A stretch of 64,000 nt of DNA, taken from a candidate division Kazan bacterium RIFCSPLOWO2_01_FULL_48_13 (GTDB lineage Bacteria; Patescibacteriota; Kazan-3B-28; UBA10110). The first letter of the stretch is position 1. Every line of letters begins with the position of its first letter. Of the stretch, positions 1 to 9,879 are shown piece by piece. The translations under genes and the position numbers were made by a program. The notes below the pieces were generated by a model, which was not told the DNA's origin, made no database searches, and saw nothing but the letters and a program-made list of their open reading frames with translations. The stretch covers positions 55,158-119,157 of the forward strand of contig METE01000001.1 in assembly GCA_001771275.1 (NCBI GenBank), written 5' to 3'.

Positions 1-34
1 CAATGGCTATTTTTAAATCCTCCAGTTTCTTCAT
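1..34 (-). CDS. N-terminus of a probable glycosyltransferase (runs off window)
   Basis: ATG at 34 reads MKKLEDLKIAI, resembling GT4 'KIAIV' starts; directly downstream of a sugar transferase. Only 11 codons visible. Confidence 0.35.
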   Translation of the reverse strand, partial: MKKLEDLKIAI

Positions 35-42
35 ACTATTTG

Positions 43-117
43 ATTGCTCAGTTGCTGAATTGCTTAATTATGGTTTTACGGATTGCTGAATTGTTGAATT
101 GCTGAATTGTTGAATTA
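43..117. repeat. Short tandem 8-mer repeats (ATTGCTGA/ATTGTTGA)
   Basis: attgctga-attgttga-attgctga-attgttga run at ~82-117 plus degenerate copies from 43. Confidence 0.7.
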
Positions 118-119
118 TT

Positions 120-1520
120 TTAATATGCTCCCTTGCACATAATCGCCACCCAGACGGTTTTAAATATCAGTTGGATGTCGAGCCATAACGACCAGTGCTC
201 GATGTAATACATATCTAACTTGAGGTACTCGTCAAACGAAGCGTCACTTCTCCCTGACACCTGCCACGGCCCAGTCATCCCCGGCTTAACCAGCAGTCGC
301 TTAAACTGCCGCTGATTGTACTGGGCAACTTCATCCGACAGCGGCGGCCGCGGCCCCACCAGGCTCATCTCCCCGTTTAGAACATTAAACAATTGCGGTA
401 ACTCGTCCAAACTGGTTCGGCGCATAAACCGGCCAAACCGAGTAACCCGAGGATCATCTTTAATTTTAAACAACAAGCCAGATCCTTCGTTCCGTGTTCG
501 CCTTAGCTCCTCCCGCAGCTGTTCCGCCTGCTCACCGCCATATCGGCCACCAGTTGAGAGATGAGTATACATCGATCGGAACTTGTAAAAGTTAAACTCT
601 TTGCCAAACTGCCCCGGCCGTTTCTGAATATACAAAGCGGGGCCAGGCGAACCCAGCCGCACTAAGATGGCAATCAGCCACATGATGGGGGCTAAAACAA
701 TTAGTCCCAACAAAGATAGAACAATATCAAAGGCGCGTTTAATAATCCTCCCCCAACCATCTAAGGGAGTTGGTCGCAGTTCGATCAACGGATGTCCCAT
801 TATTGTGTCGGTTGCCGCGTGAGCAGAATAGAGTTCGGCCAGGCTTGGCACATACCGGAATCGAATACCGTGCCGTTCGCAGAAATTAATTAACGCCAAG
901 TTGCGCTCTAAGGTCAGCCCCACCGCCACGATCACTTCATCGGTACTATGAGCCGGTACCAACTCATTTAGTCGCTCAATGTCTAACTCCCGTTCCGGCA
1001 GCAATCGAACCACCGATAGCTTTCGCAGATAAAACTGCCGCAGCTCCTCGCCAGCGCCGTTTTCGCCAATGATTAGTACTTGGTGCTGGATAACTTTTAG
1101 GCGCTTAAGCCACCGCTGTAATCCCAACAATGCTAACCGGCCGCACCAGACTAAAATAACGGCAAATCCCCAGGCGTAGGCAGCAATCAGGCGGGAGAAG
1201 AAGGCTTCTTTTAGGCCAAACAGGATAATGATAAATATCGCCAAGCTGACAGACACTCCCACGAATGTTCGATTCCAGATTTGTAAGGGGGTGTAATAAG
1301 ATCCGAGACTATACATCCCGGTAAAGGCAAAAATTGCCAGCCAGGCGATTGCCACCGCCAAGGTCAAGTTAAGATAACCCGAGAATGGCATCATATAACC
1401 AGGCTGCGGCGAGAACCAAGCCGCCTCCCTGGCCCAGTAAGCTAAAGAGAACGCCAATAGCACCATCAGAAAATCGATGGGTAGCTGAAGAAAAGTAAAT
1501 AAAAGTTGAAACCTTTTCAC
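120..1520 (-). CDS. Polyprenyl-phosphate glycosylphosphotransferase (WcaJ/CpsE-type priming sugar transferase)
   Basis: N-terminal TM helices; C-terminal Bac_transf motifs [43 protein letters not shown]. Confidence 0.93.
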   Translation of the reverse strand: MKRFQLLFTFLQLPIDFLMVLLAFSLAYWAREAAWFSPQPGYMMPFSGYLNLTLAVAIAWLAIFAFTGMYSLGSYYTPLQIWNRTFVGVSVSLAIFIIILFGLKEAFFSRLIAAYAWGFAVILVWCGRLALLGLQRWLKRLKVIQHQVLIIGENGAGEELRQFYLRKLSVVRLLPERELDIERLNELVPAHSTDEVIVAVGLTLERNLALINFCERHGIRFRYVPSLAELYSAHAATDTIMGHPLIELRPTPLDGWGRIIKRAFDIVLSLLGLIVLAPIMWLIAILVRLGSPGPALYIQKRPGQFGKEFNFYKFRSMYTHLSTGGRYGGEQAEQLREELRRTRNEGSGLLFKIKDDPRVTRFGRFMRRTSLDELPQLFNVLNGEMSLVGPRPPLSDEVAQYNQRQFKRLLVKPGMTGPWQVSGRSDASFDEYLKLDMYYIEHWSLWLDIQLIFKTVWVAIMCKGAY

Positions 1521-1529
1521 AGGTCAGAA

Positions 1530-1664
1530 TTAATCCCGTTAGAGATCACCTAACGGCAACCCCGTTTCGAGCGGTGTAAATATTAACTTTATCAATAATA
1601 TCTCTATCTGTATCTCCTATAGTACTAAGTGTTACGATAGGTTGCCTATCTCTAACGGGATTAA
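1530..1664. repeat. CCCGTTAGA-type inverted-repeat (MITE-like) element
   Basis: TTAATCCCGTTAGAGAT...ATCTCTAACGGGATTAA terminal inverted repeat just upstream of the sugar transferase start. Confidence 0.75.
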
Positions 1665-1696
1665 GCGCTGTTTACATTATAGCCGAATGGTCATAA

Positions 1697-1729
1697 CTAA
1701 AAAATCCCTCGCTACGAGAGATTTTTTAG
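1697..1729 (-). terminator. Intrinsic terminator of rnpB
   Basis: CTAAAAAATC-cctcgctacgaga-GATTTTTTAG hairpin with T-run immediately after the rnpB 3' end. Confidence 0.6.
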
Positions 1730-2502
1730 GCTGTCTGCAAGCTATAAGCCGAGTTCTGTCCCATCTCCAGTTCCTGGAACTGGGGATGGGGACGACTATC
1801 TATCTAGGCCTTATGTTGCCATAAGGCTCAAGCGTTGGGATCCCGGTCAGCCCGCCTTAACCCTCGGCGTTAGTAGCTGACATCAGGCCCACCCCAACTT
1901 GCACCGAATAGGGTTTACCGGGACACTTCGCTCACGCGGAGGCCTCGCGGGTAGCATACGGACACAAACTATCAGATTTAAACCTGATTTTCTGCGACAC
2001 TTAGGCTTTACCCCGCAACTTTTCACCTTTCCCCATCCCCAGTTTTGGACACAACCTCAAGAGAATTTTTTATTCTCTTGCGTATCTCCACGATTCCCGA
2101 TCCGTGGGATTTCAGCTTGGTTTCGCGAATCCGAGCATCATTTTGATCTACATGTAGTTCGGCATAAACCAGCCGTCAATCAGCATATTTATGCTTGGTG
2201 GATTGATTATTGCCCCTGCGATGCTCGGACAACCTGCGCTTGAGGTTGTTGGTCTCACCGGTATAATACTTTCCGGTAGATGGGTTGTATAGCATATAAA
2301 CCCAGTGCATAACCTCATTATAGATGTCCAAAACTGGAGATGGGTAGTATTGTCTCTGTGGCACTTTCCCTATCCATCTCCAGTTCCGAAAAACTGGGGA
2401 TGGACGGTTTCTGTTAGAAACTATCCGGGTTAATTTAAGGTGCTCGGACTTTCCTCCCATCCGTCAGCTGACGGACAGGCAGTCGTCCACTTACAAACAG
2501 CT
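1729..2502 (-). ncRNA. rnpB: RNase P RNA (bacterial), enlarged to ~770 nt by insertions
   Basis: Minus strand has GAGGAAAGUCC near the 5' end, AGUGCCACAGA, GGUAAACCC and ACAGAACUCGGCUUA near the 3' end; P1 AGCUGUUUGUAAG/CUUGCAGACAGCC. Confidence 0.93.
2023..2310 (-). pseudogene. GIY-YIG nuclease ORF inside RNase P RNA, with one internal TGA
   Basis: MHWVYMLYNPSTGKYYTGETNNLKRRLSEH...KYAD*RLVYAE...ARIRETKLKSHGSG...KRIKNSL; frame continues past TGA 2176-2178, at a position usually Trp. Confidence 0.8.
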
Positions 2503-2542
2503 CTGTTAGTATACGCCAAAATCCACGCCAATTCCAGCCCCT

Positions 2543-2605
2543 TGTCATCCTGGACCGACTGGCCAAGGGCCAAGTTCGGATTCAGGATCCAGGCCTGGAA
2601 TGACA
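2543..2605. repeat. TGTCAT...ATGACA palindromic element
   Basis: tgtcatcctggaccgactggccaagggccaagttcggattcaggatccaggcctggaatgaca; same core as the 14485 and 21908 copies. Confidence 0.8.
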
Positions 2606-2661
2606 GAATAAAGACGGGGAATATTATTGATTAAATTAGTGTTTTATGCTATAATGAGAGT

Positions 2662-3303
2662 ATGGATGAACCAATCAAACCGTTTTTAATAGCAGTTGCC
2701 GGAGGCACAGGCTCCGGCAAAACTTATATCGCGCGAAAGCTGCAGGCGATCGACCCGGCCCGGATCTCAATAGTTTCCCACGATAACTACTACAAAGACC
2801 GCAGCTCAGTCCCCATTGGTGATCGGAAAAAACTAAACTACGACGAACCAGCCGCTTTGGATAACGATCTATTTATCGAACAGCTGAAACAGCTCAGAAA
2901 GGGCATCGGGGTAGATATGCCGCAGTATGATTTTTCTACTCATACTCGCAGACAAGATACTACCCCCTTCTCCCCCACGCCGATAATTATCATCGAAGGA
3001 ATTCTGATATTGGAGAATGCCGATATCCGCCACCTGTTCGATCTTAAAATATTTATCGATGTTGATGCAGATATTAGATTAGCCAGAAGGTTAGAGAGGG
3101 ATGTCGGCGAACGCGATAGAACTTTCCAAGAATCAATTAATCAATATTTGGTATCCGCTCAACCGATGTACGATCTGTATGTCGAACCGGGCAAAGACTT
3201 TGCGGACCTAATCGTGCAGAACAATGGGACAGAAGCCGAATTAGCCAATGCCATCGTAACCATCGAAGCCAGAGTTCGCGAAGTACTTGGCACTTGCCAA
3301 TAA
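2662..3303 (+). CDS. udk: Uridine kinase
   Basis: AVAGGTGSGKT P-loop, HDNYYKD, NYDEPAA, PQYDFSTH, IIEGIL, RRLERD. Confidence 0.92.
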   Translation: MDEPIKPFLIAVAGGTGSGKTYIARKLQAIDPARISIVSHDNYYKDRSSVPIGDRKKLNYDEPAALDNDLFIEQLKQLRKGIGVDMPQYDFSTHTRRQDTTPFSPTPIIIIEGILILENADIRHLFDLKIFIDVDADIRLARRLERDVGERDRTFQESINQYLVSAQPMYDLYVEPGKDFADLIVQNNGTEAELANAIVTIEARVREVLGTCQ

Positions 3304-3326
3304 TATCGCTAACATCATAGTTGACC

Positions 3327-3402
3327 GGGCGATTAGCTCAGTTGGTAGAGCGTCCCCTTGACGTGGGGAAGGTCAGAGGTTCGAGACCTCTATCGCCCAC
3401 CA
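3327..3402 (+). tRNA. tRNA-Val(GAC)
   Basis: GGGCGAT acceptor stem, TAGCTCAGTTGGTAGAGC, anticodon loop TTGACGT, GTTCGAG, encoded CCA. Confidence 0.95.
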
Positions 3403-4490
3403 GAAATTAACACCCGCGTTTGTGGGTAGTAATTTTTGTGTTGACCCGTCCATATAAATTGATTGTTCCTCAGAATCTCTAAAATATTATCCAGGAATCG
3501 TTTGCCAATTTTCATATCCAAATCCGGGTAGAACCGGGGCGAGATCCGAATAACTCCCATCAGCCCAAGCGCCAGGCTAACTGCTTGACGAATTTCTTGA
3601 TCTCCCGATTTCGCGATATACATATCCAAAAACCTTTCGCCCAACTCTTGAAAATAGGGGTTGCCGGTTTCGTGGTATAGCCAAAGATACTGTGCCAACC
3701 ACACGCCCACATCAATTCCTCGATCACCCCATGGTATACGCGAATAATCGATCACCCAAATCGAATTATCCCGCCGAAAGAATAGATTAGCGCCCCAGAA
3801 ATCGCCATGCAGGGCCACCAACCTATCCTGTCGATCTCTCCACTTTCTAATCAGACTCAGCATTAGATCAATGTATTGTCCGTGCTCGTTGGCCGGCAAC
3901 AGCGGATGGTCGTCGGTAAAATCGTGAAGCAGCGTCACTATCAGCTCCGGATGAGTTAGGATACTTCGCAGGCTGTCGTTGTAAACATACCTTCTCCGTT
4001 CAATGTCGGCGGAAGGATATGGTATCTGGTGTATTTTGATTATGTAGTCGACAATTTGCGCCAATTCGGCCACATCCGTTTCATCAACTTTCACCTTCTG
4101 TCTCTTGCCCTGAAGCAACGACCGATAGCTAACGCCATTTGGTTGAAATTCTTGAATTTGATAAATGGCAGTGCCTTCGTTTATCTCAGGAAGCATTACG
4201 GCTTCACCGCTGTTGTTGAGGATTACACCAATAGGTCGAGGCCCCTGATTGGAACGACGGCCCATTCCAGTGCTAACCAGCAAAGAAGTAATTTGTCGTT
4301 CTGGAAATTCAAAGCCCAAATCGTGCGACTTCACCCGTTTCAAAAAGAAACAGCCGCCGTCTTTGGCAGTCAGCTTGAATCCATCCGAATGATACCCACT
4401 TCCGATCTTGTCGATCTGAATTATCTCAACCGCCCGGGACAGTTTCTGAGAGATGAGGGCAGAGATTGTACCAAGATCTACATCCTCCAT
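3390..4490 (-). CDS. Aminoglycoside/choline phosphotransferase-like kinase
   Basis: IGSGYHS Gly loop, FFLK, LHGDFWGANL catalytic motif, VIDYS; likely start ATG 4490. Confidence 0.75.
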   Translation of the reverse strand: MEDVDLGTISALISQKLSRAVEIIQIDKIGSGYHSDGFKLTAKDGGCFFLKRVKSHDLGFEFPERQITSLLVSTGMGRRSNQGPRPIGVILNNSGEAVMLPEINEGTAIYQIQEFQPNGVSYRSLLQGKRQKVKVDETDVAELAQIVDYIIKIHQIPYPSADIERRRYVYNDSLRSILTHPELIVTLLHDFTDDHPLLPANEHGQYIDLMLSLIRKWRDRQDRLVALHGDFWGANLFFRRDNSIWVIDYSRIPWGDRGIDVGVWLAQYLWLYHETGNPYFQELGERFLDMYIAKSGDQEIRQAVSLALGLMGVIRISPRFYPDLDMKIGKRFLDNILEILRNNQFIWTGQHKNYYPQTRVLISGGR

Positions 4491-4578
4491 AGTTGCATCG
4501 TATAATAAAAACCCAGAGTAAGCGACCACGCCTATTGGCAGGGCTATCTCTGCCTAACCCTCCTATTTGACGAGGCGC

Positions 4579-4607
4579 TTGACACATTCAGGCGCCTTTT
4601 GTAACAT
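4579..4607 (+). promoter_or_regulatory. Sigma70-like promoter
   Basis: TTGACA-17 nt-TAACAT. Confidence 0.6.
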
Positions 4608-4613
4608 AGAGCT

Positions 4614-5248
4614 TGTCGCTATGGGACAGGCTAAAACCCGTCCTATCGAGATACTACTTTGAAAAATCTGCTTACCCCCACTCAAACTTCCGCTGGAAAT
4701 ATTTGATTCATTCTATCCCTAATAGCCCAGCAAAGGATGGAGGGGTCGGCCTCGCCTTGAGGTCGGTAAGCAGCATGTCATAATGTACAAGTAGCCGTCA
4801 GGAGGCCATTTATGGTGCAGCAGCTGAAGCTTCCTTGTACTCCCCTTGATTGAAAAATTTTGAAGAATAACTTGTTGCCCTTTAGGTCGTCGCCCTACAT
4901 CAGCTCCCAGGTAGCTGGAGCTAAATAACGGCGGCGATCGTCAAGCAACGATTTAACAGGGTTTGCCTCATCGGCGCAGTGGTCTATCACTTTTAGTGAG
5001 GGTCGCCAAATTTTTCTATTCGGTGGCCTCGACTGGCTGGGCGCTGCGAAAAATGCTCCCGCCCGATGGCGCTATAAACCCCAGCAGTTATTTCTAAGGA
5101 ATTCTCATCAAGGGAAACCAGCCCCCCAAAGCTCAGAATCCAAAAATACCACGACCACATCTACTTCTTGCCACAAGAAAAGGACGGACGGTCATTCGTC
5201 ACATCGACGAGGTAATACGGGTTACTGCGCCGCGGGGGGCGCTTTTTT
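4614..5248 (+). ncRNA. Candidate large structured ncRNA (unknown family)
   Basis: No ORF of 60 aa or more; bounded by promoter and a hairpin plus T6; several long-range complementary stems. Confidence 0.45.
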
Positions 5249-5516
5249 ACCCCGTTAGAAATCCGCCCTGTTCTGCTATCGGCAGAACACGGCTTACAAC
5301 CGCCTCAAGGCGGTTTATTTGTAACGGGGTAAATCTGTTAATATAAAGATACTTGTCCCGTTAGAAATCACTTATCGGGACAATCGCAATAAACCTAAGG
5401 TTAAATATAGACGCTAAGCAGATTTGGAAGAGACTTGTCCCGTTAGAAATCACTTATCGGGACAATCGCAATAAACCTAAGGTTGAATATAGACGCTAAG
5501 CAGATTTCTAACGGGA
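5246..5516. repeat. Three CCCGTTAGA-type elements upstream of thrS (last two are an ~81-nt tandem duplication)
   Basis: 5246-5333 complete IR; 5356-~5430 and 5437-5516 near-identical TCCCGTTAGAAATCACTTATCGGGAC...; the last ends on the thrS ATG. Confidence 0.8.
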
Positions 5517-7294
5517 TGGCTAAAGTACAACGCACTAAGAAAACCGATAAGACAAGTGGACTCTCGACCATCCGACATTCGGCCAGTCACATCATGGCCG
5601 AGGCTATTCTTAATTTATATCCTGAGACCAAGTTGGGATTTGGCCCGGCCACCGAGGACGGTTTTTACTATGATTTTGATTTTAAGACGCCTATCACTGA
5701 CGAAGATCTAACTAAGATCGAAGCCGAGATGATCCAGCTGATCGGCCTTGGCCGCACCTTTGAGCGAAGTGAAAAAACTATTACCGAAGCCCTCAAGTGG
5801 GCCGATAAAAATAATCAATCATATAAGGCAGATCTAATTGGTCGGTTAAAAGAGAGGGGCGAAAAAAAAGTTTCTTTCTACACATCGGGTAAATTTACAG
5901 ATCTATGCGAAGGACCGCATATTAAATCGACTAAGGCGATCGGTGCTTTTAAGCTGCTAAGTTTAGCGGGCGCTTATTGGCATGGCAACGAAAAAAATCC
6001 CCAGCTAACTCGTATCTATGGTACCGCTTTTGCAACTCAAAAAGAATTAGACGAATACTTGGTACTGCTCGAAGAGTCCAAAAAAAGAGATCATCGTAAA
6101 TTAGGAAAGGAACTGGAGCTGTTTGCTTTTGATGATGATGTGGGACCCGGCCTGCCATTGTGGCTGCCCAAAGGCACCGTAATAGTCGAAGAACTGGAAA
6201 AATTGGCTAAAGTTACTGAATCCGCCAATAACTATCTGCGCGTGCGCACCCCGCACATCGCCAAGGAATCGATGTATAGGACATCCGGCCATCTGCCCTA
6301 TTACGAGGATACGATGTATCCGCCGATGGAGATGGAGGGCACCAAGTACTACCTTAAGGCGATGAACTGTCCGCATCACCATAAGATATTTGCGGCTATG
6401 CCCAGGAGCTACCGAGATCTGCCGCTGCGGTTGGCTGAATATGGCACCTGTTATCGCTACGAAAAATCGGGCGAGCTGATGGGTTTAATGCGCGTACGGA
6501 TGCTGTCGATGAACGATGCCCACATCTACTGTACTAAAGTGCAGTTCGCCGCCGAGTTTGAGGCGGTAAACCAGATGTATATAAAATATTTTAAATTGTT
6601 TGGCATCGATAAGTATGTGATGCGCTTCTCCACCCATGATCCAGAAAAATTGGGCCAGAAATATGTGGACGAGCCCAAGCTGTGGCAAGAGACCGAGGCA
6701 TTAGTGAGGAAGGTGCTCAAAGAATCTAAAATCCCGTATGTGGAGGTGCCTAACGAAGCCGCTTTTTACGGCCCCAAGATTGATGTGGAAGTCTGGAACA
6801 CCATCGGCCGCGAATTTACCCTGGCTACCAATCAGGTTGATTTTGCCCAGCCCCGCCGATTTGGCCTTACCTACACCAACGAAAAAGGCGAACCCGAAAT
6901 CCCCTTGTGTATCCACCGGGCGCCCCTGGGCACTCACGAGCGATTTATCGGATTCTTGATCGAACACTATGCTGGCGCGTTTCCATTTTGGTTGGCGCCG
7001 GTACAGGCGATGATCACTCCAATCAGCGACAAACAGAATAAATATGCAACCCAACTACTGCAACGATTAAAAACCGCTGGGGTAAGAGCGGAATTAGATG
7101 ATAGAAATGAATCGTTAGGTCGAAAAATTCGTGACGCAGAGGTCCAAAAAGTCCCGCTGGTATTAGTTATCGGTCCAAAAGAAGTTGAATCAAAATCGGT
7201 CACTCTACGCGACCGAGACAAAGGCGATTTGGGTAGTTTGCCGATCGAAGACGCTATCACACGCCTACAACAGGCGGCTGATCAGGTCCGTTGA
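5516..7294 (+). CDS. thrS: Threonyl-tRNA synthetase
   Basis: RHSASHIMA, DLCEGPH, RDHRKLG, KAMNCP, AAFYGPKID, IHRAPLG; ATG 5516 preferred start. Confidence 0.97.
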   Translation: MAKVQRTKKTDKTSGLSTIRHSASHIMAEAILNLYPETKLGFGPATEDGFYYDFDFKTPITDEDLTKIEAEMIQLIGLGRTFERSEKTITEALKWADKNNQSYKADLIGRLKERGEKKVSFYTSGKFTDLCEGPHIKSTKAIGAFKLLSLAGAYWHGNEKNPQLTRIYGTAFATQKELDEYLVLLEESKKRDHRKLGKELELFAFDDDVGPGLPLWLPKGTVIVEELEKLAKVTESANNYLRVRTPHIAKESMYRTSGHLPYYEDTMYPPMEMEGTKYYLKAMNCPHHHKIFAAMPRSYRDLPLRLAEYGTCYRYEKSGELMGLMRVRMLSMNDAHIYCTKVQFAAEFEAVNQMYIKYFKLFGIDKYVMRFSTHDPEKLGQKYVDEPKLWQETEALVRKVLKESKIPYVEVPNEAAFYGPKIDVEVWNTIGREFTLATNQVDFAQPRRFGLTYTNEKGEPEIPLCIHRAPLGTHERFIGFLIEHYAGAFPFWLAPVQAMITPISDKQNKYATQLLQRLKTAGVRAELDDRNESLGRKIRDAEVQKVPLVLVIGPKEVESKSVTLRDRDKGDLGSLPIEDAITRLQQAADQVR

Positions 7295-7790
7295 TCCGGC
7301 CAATGCCTAATTGATGATTACCCTGGCCAACCGCCAAGATCTCTCCTGGCTTGTATCGAGGTACGCCAAAATTGGTTCGGGCCGATGGGGATTGGAACTC
7401 AAAGTCCCTCATCAATCGTTTAATGTCATCAAGATCTAACTGAGATATTCTCGGATCGTCAGACAATCCAAACCGCACCTGGCCATCTTCATCCAGCAGG
7501 TCCGACAAGGCCTGATAGCGCTGCTCCCATGCCCCATAAGCCGTTGAATCGTCACCCGATAGATATTTGGCTGCTTCTACCCGGCAGATTATCTCGCTAA
7601 TCAGATCACCGTCCGGATTTTGGCTGACTGCTGCCTGTCGCTCATAAGCATCAGCTAATCTAACTAAGGTCGGGCCCTTCATCTCCGGCACACCCCGGAT
7701 ATCGTAACTCTTCAGATCCATCCGAATAGCATCAATCTCAGCCGAGATAGCAGCGGCACTCTTAAGTTCATTCTCCATCCTCTCGTTCAT
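7257..7790 (-). CDS. Hypothetical protein
   Basis: 177-aa ORF, convergent with and slightly overlapping thrS; no motif recognised. Confidence 0.55.
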   Translation of the reverse strand: MNERMENELKSAAAISAEIDAIRMDLKSYDIRGVPEMKGPTLVRLADAYERQAAVSQNPDGDLISEIICRVEAAKYLSGDDSTAYGAWEQRYQALSDLLDEDGQVRFGLSDDPRISQLDLDDIKRLMRDFEFQSPSARTNFGVPRYKPGEILAVGQGNHQLGIGRINGPDQPPVVGV

Positions 7791-7966
7791 AACTTATAAT
7801 GATACTATAAGTTAACCAAATGAAAAAATACGGCGAAGACAATATCGACAAGCATGCTAAGGTCCGGGACAAGAAGGTCGATCGGCGCAATCGGCCAACC
7901 GATAATCGAAGCAGTATTAGATTACTGGAAAAATTATCCTCTCGCCCCAAAGCCAAATAACCCCAC

Positions 7967-8164
7967 TGTCATCCTAAAAACACTCATGCCAATAAAAAAT
8001 ATCAAATATAAAATAAAAAACTACCCCCTCTTGTCATCCTGAAAACACCTTACTGGGCCAAAGGCTCCACTTTGGGGCCGTAGGCTCTATAAAATAACTT
8101 ATTCAGGATCTAGGCCTGGATTCCCAATGTCGAGTTGCCTGCAGCACTCGGCTCTGGAATGACA
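7967..8164. repeat. Cluster of TGTCAT...ATGACA palindromic elements
   Basis: tgtcatcctgaaaacacc...ttcaggatctaggcctggattcc...ggaatgaca. Confidence 0.75.
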
Positions 8165-8195
8165 GGAAGGGCAGTAGCAAAGTAAAGTAAACTTT

Positions 8196-9098
8196 ATGAA
8201 ATCTAAACCCAAAGCGGTAGTTATCTTAGGACCAACTTCGTCTGGTAAAACCGAGATGTCAATTAAGTTGGCCAAACAATTTAATGGCGTTATTATCTCG
8301 GCCGATTCCCGCCAGTTTTATAAAGGGTTAGATATTGCTACAGCTAAAACCACAAAGGATCAGCAAGGTGGCATCCCCCACTATATGATCGACATCGCCA
8401 CTCCCGAGCAAGATTTTAGCCTTAGCCTATACCAAACTACGGTTTACAATCTACTCAACACCATTAATCGGTGGAATTGGATTAGACCTAAAAAAACCCT
8501 GCCCTTTATTGTTGGTGGCACTGGGTTATATATCCAAGCCATCGTGGACGGCTATCAGTTGCCCCGGGTGGCCCCCAACCCCAAACTGCGAGATGAGCTC
8601 AATCAACTGCCGCTGACAGATTTAATTAAAAAGTTAGAAAAGCTCGATCAAAAATCGACAGTGGATTTTAAAAATAAACGCCGCGTAGTGAGAGCAATCG
8701 AGATATTAACTTCTTCGGGTGAATTTGAGCGAAAAGCTAAGCCACCAGATTTTAATTTTTTACAGATTGGCATTAAAAAAGATCCGGCAGAACTTAACCG
8801 CCGCATTCATCAAAAGATTTTAGCGATGCATGATGCTGGCATCGTTAAAGAAACTAAAGCGCTCATCGATCAAGGAGTGGATTTTAGCCAACCCGCTTTC
8901 TCGGCTTTGGGGTATCATCATCTGCGAGATTATCTTAAGGGTAAACTAACCCTCAAACAAGCTTTAGAAAAAATGGAGTCTGATACTAAAAAATTTGCCA
9001 AGCGGCAGATGACCTGGTTTAAACGCGACCAACGCATCCATTGGATTAGTCGCCTGAGTGAAGCCGAAGAATTAATTAAAACTTTCCTAAAAAGTTAG
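8196..9098 (+). CDS. miaA: tRNA dimethylallyltransferase
   Basis: GPTSSGKT, ISADSRQ.Y..LDIATAK, VGGTGLY, AKRQMTWF. Confidence 0.96.
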   Translation: MKSKPKAVVILGPTSSGKTEMSIKLAKQFNGVIISADSRQFYKGLDIATAKTTKDQQGGIPHYMIDIATPEQDFSLSLYQTTVYNLLNTINRWNWIRPKKTLPFIVGGTGLYIQAIVDGYQLPRVAPNPKLRDELNQLPLTDLIKKLEKLDQKSTVDFKNKRRVVRAIEILTSSGEFERKAKPPDFNFLQIGIKKDPAELNRRIHQKILAMHDAGIVKETKALIDQGVDFSQPAFSALGYHHLRDYLKGKLTLKQALEKMESDTKKFAKRQMTWFKRDQRIHWISRLSEAEELIKTFLKS

Positions 9099-9109
9099 GG
9101 CGCATTCTT

Positions 9110-9857
9110 TTGTCATCCTAAGGAACTCACCTATCGTCCTTCTGGCAAGTCCGATGCGTCGGACCGCTCCGCCAGCTGGCGGACAGAATCTTATAATTGA
9201 CGACGTTTACCCTGCGTCGTCATCCTCGCCTCGTCGGGGATCGTATACAAGATTCTGGAGTCGCTTCACTCCCCAGAATGACGACATGGAGATTGCGGAG
9301 CCTGTCCCGAGCGAAACGAGGGATCTCTGTCTTCTCGCAATGACAAAAAAGAAGTCATCCTGAAAACCCTCATGCCAATAAAAAATATCAAATATAAATA
9401 ACCCCCAACCGTCATCCTGAAAACACTTTACTGGGCCAAAGGCCCCCCTTTGGGGCCGTAGGCTATATAAAATACCCCCAACCGTCATCCTGAAAACACT
9501 TTACTGGGCCAAAGGCCCCCCTTTGGGGCCGTAGGCTATATAAAATAACCCCCAACCGTCATCCTGAAAACACTTTACTGGGCCAAAGGCCCCCCTTTGG
9601 GGCCGTAGGCCTATATAGATAACTTATTCAGGATCCAGGCCTGGATTCTCGGGTCAAGCCCGAGGATGACAAAAAATAGCCCGGGGATGACAAAGAAGTG
9701 GCCCAATGATACCCCTCGCACTGTCATCCTGAAAACACTTTACTGGGCCAAAGGCCCCCCTTTGGGGCCGTAGGCTTATATAGATAACTTATTCAGGATC
9801 CAGGCCTGGATTCCAGATCGAGTCTGGAATGACAAAATAGCAGCCTCAGAATGACAA
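9110..9857. repeat. Dense array of GTCAT...ATGAC palindromes including three ~73-74-nt tandem units
   Basis: gtcatcctgaaaacactttactgggccaaaggcccccctttggggccgtaggc at 9411, 9484, 9558 and 9723, plus other hairpins. Confidence 0.85.
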
Positions 9858-9879
9858 CAGAAGTTGTTAATAAGCATCA

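Noticed and set aside
2176-2178. In-frame TGA in the GIY-YIG ORF as evidence of UGA recoding (genetic code 4 or 25)
   Set aside because: TGA acts as a normal stop in thrS, GtrA, the 45054 gene and DUF134; a single TGG>TGA mutation is simpler.
4614-5515. T-box leader for thrS, or tmRNA/SRP RNA
   Set aside because: No T-box GGTGGNACC consensus, no tRNA-like ends with CCA and no SRP GCAG/GGAA loop found; region kept as an unknown ncRNA candidate.
9398-9620. Tandem ~73-nt units (also 25924-26410 and 29870-30110) as a CRISPR array
   Set aside because: Units are essentially identical with no unique spacers, no cas genes are nearby, and they are halves of the dispersed palindromic element.
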